Origin: Candidatus Omnitrophota bacterium
GTDB taxonomy: Bacteria > Omnitrophota > Gorgyraeia > Gorgyraeales > Gorgyraeaceae
Direction: 5' to 3'
DNA length: 64,000 nucleotides
Assembly (NCBI GenBank): GCA_043814965.1
Contig: JBDRJN010000005.1
Span: 4,858 to 68,857 of the forward strand
Made by a program: the position numbers and the translations under genes. This document shows positions 58,876-64,000 of the stretch, piece after piece (positions within the stretch are counted from its first letter, which is position 1; each line of letters opens with the position of its first letter). Under the pieces are notes generated by a model. That model worked only from the letters and a program-made list of their open reading frames with translations. It was not told the origin of the DNA and searched no databases.

Positions 58876-60213
58876 TTAACACACTCTATTGCGGCCTGTT
58901 TCCTTGGCCTTGTATAGCGCCTTATCAGCTGATTCTATAAGGTCTTCTATACTTACACCGTCATCCGGAAACACGCTTATTCCCATACTTACTGTTATGG
59001 ATATTGTCTCATCATATGCCTTTAAGACCAGCCCTTCTATACTTTCCCTGATACGTTCTGCTACCTGAAAAGCCATATCCTTGTGGGTCGCAGAAAACAC
59101 TGCTATAAATTCTTCCCCTCCATATCTACCGATAAGATCCACCTCACGCAAGCTGATCTTAAGGATAGACGCCACATTCTTCAAGACAACATCCCCCACT
59201 AAATGGCCGTACTTATCATTGATCTTTTTGAAATGGTCTATATCCAACATCATGCACGACAAATTGACCTTGTGCCGCATGGACCTGTGGATCTCCTCTG
59301 TAAATCTTTCTAATAAGTACCTTCTTGTAGAGACACCTGTCAGGGAATCTGTGATAGAGATGTCCTCTATCTTTTTATACAACATGACCTTTTGGAACTG
59401 TATCGCAAATTGGCTCATCAATATCAAAAAGTTCTCATAATAAACATCCGGCAGGCCCTCGATATAAAATATACCTCCCAAGCTCTGCTCTACAAAAAGC
59501 GGGATGGATGTCAATGGCTCAAAATCCCTGGCCACCGAGAGGCGCCTTGATAAAGCGTTATTATCCGATAAGGCTATTGATCTTGCGCTTTTATCTTCGA
59601 GCATTATATCTCTTATTTCTCTATCAAAATCAGTCTCGACAGGCTTTGTAATATCCTGGCCGACATCTATCTCATGTATGCTAGCTATATCGTGGCCTTC
59701 TTTTAATAATATAAGCCTGGATGTCTTGAACCTAAAAAGTTTCTTCAGCGTATAAGAAAATATATCGAATATATCGTCGAATGAAAGAGAACTCGACATG
59801 TCTTTGGATACTTCATAAAGAGAGAGCAGCTTTTGAAGCTTTCTTTCCTTGTCCAGATTAGACCTTAATAGGTCACGGTCCTTTACCTCCAGGTCCTCAT
59901 ATCTTTTTTTTATATTATTAAATCTATCTTTTACGATCAGCTTCTCGCCTTCCATGATTTTTTTAAAATAAAAAGCTAAAAAAGGCATTATATTGATAAA
60001 TAGTATCCCCAAGAAGTCCTGGAATGAAATACCTCCGGACTCTTTTAAAAGTATAATGATAGACATGCTTATAGATAAAGCCAGCGCCCTTTTAAGCAAG
60101 GTGCTGTAACTTACAAAAAGCACTGCTATCGATAGTATTGAGTAAATAAAAAAATCCATCTTAACCACAAACCTTGTCTCTACCCTGCCTCTTGGCCATG
60201 TAGAGCCTTTCAT
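58876..60213 (-). CDS. Membrane-anchored GAF-like sensor diguanylate cyclase (GGDEF)
   Basis: N-terminal TM helices and C-terminal 'RYGGEEFIAVF' with the upstream 'DHFKKINDKYGHLVGD'. The likely true start is at the internal MDFF, near 60159. Confidence 0.8.
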   Translation of the reverse strand: MKGSTWPRGRVETRFVVKMDFFIYSILSIAVLFVSYSTLLKRALALSISMSIIILLKESGGISFQDFLGILFINIMPFLAFYFKKIMEGEKLIVKDRFNNIKKRYEDLEVKDRDLLRSNLDKERKLQKLLSLYEVSKDMSSSLSFDDIFDIFSYTLKKLFRFKTSRLILLKEGHDIASIHEIDVGQDITKPVETDFDREIRDIMLEDKSARSIALSDNNALSRRLSVARDFEPLTSIPLFVEQSLGGIFYIEGLPDVYYENFLILMSQFAIQFQKVMLYKKIEDISITDSLTGVSTRRYLLERFTEEIHRSMRHKVNLSCMMLDIDHFKKINDKYGHLVGDVVLKNVASILKISLREVDLIGRYGGEEFIAVFSATHKDMAFQVAERIRESIEGLVLKAYDETISITVSMGISVFPDDGVSIEDLIESADKALYKAKETGRNRVC

Positions 60214-61558
60214 CAGCCTTTTGTATCAATTCGTCAATCAGTTTTGCATCTTCCGGAAAACTCGCTACCCCTGCTGAGATCGTTATATGGGTCTCGACCC
60301 GGCGCAGCTCTATAGATTCTTTTTTAATGGCCTTTCTCAGGTCTTCTGCTGCTATCTTGGCCTTTTTTTTTGGAGCAGCAGGCAGCAATACGGAAAACTC
60401 TTCTCCGCCGTATCTAGCGACTATGGCTCCTTCAAAAGTCTTTTTAAGTAACTTTGAAAGCGTAACAAGCACTATATCGCCTGCTGCATGGCCATACTGG
60501 TCATTATAATTTTTAAAATTATCGATATCTATCATAAGCAGCGAACAGCTTATATCGTCATGCAAGGCTCTCGCAATCTCTTCATGCAGCCTCTCCAAAA
60601 AATACCTACGCAGGTATAGGCCCGTAAGTCCATCCCTGATAGCAAGGTCTAAAGTCTCTTTATAAAGATTGGCGTTTTGCAGGCTCACTGCTCCCAAGTC
60701 ACACAATATATCGAGGAGCCTGAGGTCTTCGGTAGTATAGTTCCCGGGTTTTATATGTTCAAGCCGTATCAATCCCAAAAAATGTTTGCCGGCGATCAGG
60801 GGGCATGATATGACAGACCTGAAATCCCTCCTATATTCATTGATGCCTTTCTCGCTAAAACGAAAGTCCTTCCTTATGTCATCGACTATAAGGCACTGCC
60901 TTTGTTTAAACACCCACTCATCCAATACATCTCCTTTTTTTGCCTTTATTTTATCTACGCTGTTTTCCATACGTGAAGAAAAAAGGCTGAGTTCTTGTTT
61001 TTCAGTGTCGACCAGGAACAGCATTATGTTCTTTGTCTTTCCTATTATCTGCAATGCATTGTCTATTATATGTTCTATCACTTCATCCAGTACAAGCGTT
61101 GAGCTCAATATAGACATGACCTTTTCGAGATGTTTATACCTATCTCCCTTCTTATCCAAAGACACTGCGTCCCTCGTGTGTTTCCTGAATTGGTCTTCCA
61201 ATAAGTTGATGTTCTCCTCCGTTTCTTCTATCCTGGTAGATATCATCCGCTCATGGTACTCGACCTTTTTTAACTGTGCTTTTATAATAAAAAAAACTGT
61301 TAAAAATAGCCCGATATGCAGTAAATAATAAAAATTAGCAGCTATGGACAATATGATGGTAAGGACAATGGAGGCGATAAGAAAAGATACCCCTCTATAA
61401 AATCCAAGATAATGCAGACTTATTATGATTATAAAATTATAAAGAAATATGCTGGGATCTTTTAAAAGGTGTGTCTTGAAGACAAGGAACGAGACCAAGA
61501 TAAAACCTAAACTCGAAAAAATGAATATTTTTAGTTTATTCAGATCGCCTGATCCCAT
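60161..61558 (-). CDS. Membrane-anchored GAF-GGDEF diguanylate cyclase
   Basis: About 3 N-terminal TM helices, a GAF-like region, and 'RYGGEEFSVLL' with 'DNFKNYNDQYGHAAGD'. Confidence 0.8.
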   Translation of the reverse strand: MGSGDLNKLKIFIFSSLGFILVSFLVFKTHLLKDPSIFLYNFIIIISLHYLGFYRGVSFLIASIVLTIILSIAANFYYLLHIGLFLTVFFIIKAQLKKVEYHERMISTRIEETEENINLLEDQFRKHTRDAVSLDKKGDRYKHLEKVMSILSSTLVLDEVIEHIIDNALQIIGKTKNIMLFLVDTEKQELSLFSSRMENSVDKIKAKKGDVLDEWVFKQRQCLIVDDIRKDFRFSEKGINEYRRDFRSVISCPLIAGKHFLGLIRLEHIKPGNYTTEDLRLLDILCDLGAVSLQNANLYKETLDLAIRDGLTGLYLRRYFLERLHEEIARALHDDISCSLLMIDIDNFKNYNDQYGHAAGDIVLVTLSKLLKKTFEGAIVARYGGEEFSVLLPAAPKKKAKIAAEDLRKAIKKESIELRRVETHITISAGVASFPEDAKLIDELIQKADERLYMAKRQGRDKVCG

Positions 61559-61589
61559 CCGGGAACCATTTTCTGGTAAAAAAACTAAC

Positions 61590-62705
61590 CTATACTATAA
61601 GCTTCTCCGTACCTATGTCAAAAAAGCGGGCCTTGCTCATATCAAATACAGCGTCAAGGTCCTGATTTACTTCAGGCTTATTATGAGAACTGATCCTTGC
61701 CACTAAGTGGCTTTTTCCGGCAGTGATATATAAAAATGCCTCTGCGCCCATCGGCTCCACTATCTCTACCGTAGCCCTCACTGTATTGTCCAGCGATGCC
61801 TCTGATACAAATAGTTTATCATATATATCCTCTGGCCTTATACCAAAGATAACATCTCTTCCTTCATGCTTAGATATCTCATCATACATATCCTCTACTA
61901 TCTTTACTACAAAACTTGTCTCCTTAAAGAAAAAACCATTGCCTTTTTTAATGACCTTGCCTTCTATAAAATTCATTGGAGGGGACCCTATAAAACCCGC
62001 TACGAACTTATTTACAGGCTTATCATAGACTGTAATAGGGTCATCTACCTGCTGTATAATGCCGTCCTTCATGACTACTATCCTGTTACCCATGGTCATG
62101 GCCTCTGTCTGGTCATGAGTAACATATATCATGGTAGACTGCAGTTTAATATGCAGTTTATTGAGCTCTGTCCTCATCTGGACCCTCATCTTGGCATCCA
62201 GGTTACTGAGAGGCTCATCAAACAAAAACACCTTTGGTTTCCTTACAATAGCCCTTCCTACAGCCACTCTCTGGCGCTGGCCTCCTGATAGTTCCATTGG
62301 CCGTCTATTAAGAAGATTTTTGATGCCTAGTATCTCTGCCGCCTCTTTTACCCTCGCATCTATCTCAGGTTTAGGAAATTTCCTCAGCCTTAGCGCAAAT
62401 GACATATTCTCATATACGGTCATATGCGGGTACAGCGCATAGTTCTGAAACACCATAGCGATGTCCCTGTCTTTTGCAGGCATGTCATTGACCAATTTAT
62501 CCGCTATCCATATCTCACCCTTGGTTACAGTCTCAAGCCCTGCTATCATGCGCAAGGTCGTAGATTTTCCGCAGCCAGAAGGCCCTACAAATACTAAAAA
62601 TTCTTTATTTTCTACTCCAAGATTAAAATCTTCGACTGCCACTACATTACCAGGAAAGACCTTTGATACATTTTTTAGGCTGACTTGTGCCATGGCTAAA
62701 GTCAC
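61590..62705 (-). CDS. ABC transporter ATP-binding protein, MalK/UgpC/MsmX-type (carbohydrate importer ATPase with C-terminal TOBE domain)
   Basis: Walker A 'VGPSGCGKSTTLRMIAGLE', signature 'LSGGQRQRVAVGRAI' and Walker B 'FLFDEPLSNLD'. Confidence 0.8.
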   Translation of the reverse strand: MTLAMAQVSLKNVSKVFPGNVVAVEDFNLGVENKEFLVFVGPSGCGKSTTLRMIAGLETVTKGEIWIADKLVNDMPAKDRDIAMVFQNYALYPHMTVYENMSFALRLRKFPKPEIDARVKEAAEILGIKNLLNRRPMELSGGQRQRVAVGRAIVRKPKVFLFDEPLSNLDAKMRVQMRTELNKLHIKLQSTMIYVTHDQTEAMTMGNRIVVMKDGIIQQVDDPITVYDKPVNKFVAGFIGSPPMNFIEGKVIKKGNGFFFKETSFVVKIVEDMYDEISKHEGRDVIFGIRPEDIYDKLFVSEASLDNTVRATVEIVEPMGAEAFLYITAGKSHLVARISSHNKPEVNQDLDAVFDMSKARFFDIGTEKLIV

Positions 62706-62721
62706 TCTCTTATAAGATTTA

Positions 62722-63567
62722 TCAATACACCATATAGTCTACTAATTGAGTTACTACATCCTTCATATTTTTGCGGCTCACTACCATATCTATCAGGCCA
62801 TGCTTCAGCAAAAATTCTGACCTCTGGAATCCTTCTGGAAGCTTCTGCCTTATTGTCTGCTCTATTACCCTCGGGCCGGTAAAACCAATAAGCGCGTTTG
62901 GCTCAGCTACTATCACATCCCCTAGAGAGGCAAAACTTGCCAATATCCCTGCCATAGTAGGATTCGTCAGGATCGATATAAATAAAAGCCCGGCTTCATT
63001 GTGTCTTGCCAGGGCAGCTGATGTCTTTGCCATCTGCATCAAGGATATCATGCCTTCATACATCCTGGCCCCTCCGCCAGAGCCAGAGATGATGACAAGA
63101 GGCAGTTTATTTTTTGTGGCGTATTCCGTTATACTTGTCAGTTTTTCGCCCACTACATATCCCATAGAGCCCATTATAAAACGTGAATCAGTAACACCCA
63201 ACGCAAGCTGTCTATTGTTTATGCGGCCTTTCCCTACTATTGCAGCCTCTTCCATGCCTGTAGCAAGCTTGTCTTTTTCGAGTTTTTCCTTATAGCTTTT
63301 AGGCCCCTTAAAATTCAGGATATCCCTGGGTTTCATGTCTTTATAAAATTCCTCGAAACTGCCTTCATCCAAAAACATCGATATACGCTCAAGCGCTGTC
63401 AGGATAAAATGGTAACCACATTTTGGGCAGACCTTGAGATTCTCGTCCAATGTCTTTTTATACATAAGGTCCGAGCATCCCTCGCACTTTACCCAAGTCC
63501 CGTCCGGCACGCCCTTGCGCTTTGAGACCTTTACGACCCTATATTTAGGTTTTCCAAAAATAGGCAT
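62722..63567 (-). CDS. accD: Acetyl-CoA carboxylase carboxyltransferase subunit beta
   Basis: An N-terminal zinc ribbon 'CEGCSDLMYKK...CPKCGYHF' and the carboxyltransferase core 'GSMGYVVGEKL...SGGARMYEGMISLMQMAKT'. Confidence 0.85.
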   Translation of the reverse strand: MPIFGKPKYRVVKVSKRKGVPDGTWVKCEGCSDLMYKKTLDENLKVCPKCGYHFILTALERISMFLDEGSFEEFYKDMKPRDILNFKGPKSYKEKLEKDKLATGMEEAAIVGKGRINNRQLALGVTDSRFIMGSMGYVVGEKLTSITEYATKNKLPLVIISGSGGGARMYEGMISLMQMAKTSAALARHNEAGLLFISILTNPTMAGILASFASLGDVIVAEPNALIGFTGPRVIEQTIRQKLPEGFQRSEFLLKHGLIDMVVSRKNMKDVVTQLVDYMVY

Positions 63568-63568
63568 A

Positions 63569-64000
63569 CTATATACCGCTGTTAAATATGTTTATCACTA
63601 ACCCTGTCAGGACCTTTGGATAAAAATAAGTGGACTTTTGAGGCATCCTCTGCCCCGAAAGCGCCTTATCCCTGATCTCAGTGATCTTGGTAGGATTTAC
63701 TATTATTGATATAGAGGCCCTGCCTTTTTCTACTTCTTCGATAGCATAATTCAGGTCCTTAGTAAAATCTATAGAAACATCCTCTTTTCTTTTGGATGCT
63801 ATTTTCTCTAACCTAGCTATGATGTCACCATGTAAGACAGTGACATCTAAAGACGCCTTATCTTTTATAGGTACAGACAATCCCAGAAAATCTCTTCCAT
63901 CATACAGGACAAACCTTTTTTCCAGAGCGCTAGCCTTTGATAAAAAATCCTTTATTTCTTGTCTCTCTATGGCCTCATGCCTAAAGTCTTCTTCCAGTTT
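63569..64000 (-). CDS. Hypothetical protein, 5'-truncated by the window edge. The reading frame stays open to position 64000
   Basis: The 103-aa six-frame ORF begins at a TTG. The frame continues without a stop to the window end ('...KLEEDFRHEAIERQEIKDFLSKASALEKKRFVLYDGRDFLG|LSVPIK...'). No motif was recognised. Position after accD is where folC lies in many genomes, but sequence support is lacking. Confidence 0.3.
   Translation of the reverse strand, partial: KLEEDFRHEAIERQEIKDFLSKASALEKRFVLYDGRDFLGLSVPIKDKASLDVTVLHGDIIARLEKIASKRKEDVSIDFTKDLNYAIEEVEKGRASISIIVNPTKITEIRDKALSGQRMPQKSTYFYPKVLTGLVINIFNSGI

Overview
This AT-rich 64 kb window is coded entirely on the minus strand. It holds about 58 consecutive genes, most of them forming one very large cell-surface polysaccharide locus (O-antigen or capsule) of a diderm bacterium. 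Genes for LptD, a Wza-like outer-membrane polysaccharide exporter and a Wzi-like outer-membrane protein support the diderm call.

Reading 5'->3' along the minus strand (high to low coordinates), the content is:

- Housekeeping or flanking genes: a partial ORF running off the window end, accD, a MalK-type ABC ATPase, two tandem GAF-GGDEF diguanylate cyclases, a ROK sugar kinase and lptD.
- A nucleotide-sugar precursor block: ugd, an RmlC/FdtA-like cupin, rmlA, rmlB, a UDP-ManNAc-dehydrogenase-family enzyme, a UDP-hexose 4-epimerase-like SDR, gmd and a UDP-glucuronate decarboxylase (UDP-xylose synthase). This block is punctuated by a small GIY-YIG gene and GC-rich repeat or palindromic elements.
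- An export and assembly block: a Wzi-like protein, a 951-aa Wza-like exporter, a B12-binding radical SAM enzyme, a short Wzz-like co-polymerase, a winged-helix/Rossmann regulator, fcl, and the Wzm/Wzt ABC exporter. Wzt carries a C-terminal extension.
- A complete legionaminic/pseudaminic-type nonulosonic acid pathway. The core is a LegB-like dehydratase, a LegC-like aminotransferase, a NeuD/PglD-like N-acetyltransferase, a NeuB-family synthase, a NeuC-type hydrolysing 2-epimerase, a PtmE-like CBS-nucleotidyltransferase and a CMP-nonulosonate synthetase. Embedded in it are a WbpG/HisH/HisF acetamidino-forming triad, a methyltransferase, a PIG-L deacetylase, a formyltransferase and a second B12-radical-SAM enzyme.
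- A long run of polymer-building and decorating genes: many GT4, GT2 and GT-C glycosyltransferases, methyltransferases, an LbH acetyltransferase, an SGNH hydrolase, a [4Fe-4S]-FrhB-like::pyruvyltransferase fusion, a Glf-family mutase, a DegT aminotransferase, a GNAT, and a GT::DUF218 fusion.

No rRNA, tRNA, CRISPR array or recognisable transposase was found. The short plus-strand ORFs in the six-frame track all lie antisense inside strong minus-strand genes and are treated as spurious.

All functional calls rest on motifs recognised by eye in the translations. No database search was run.
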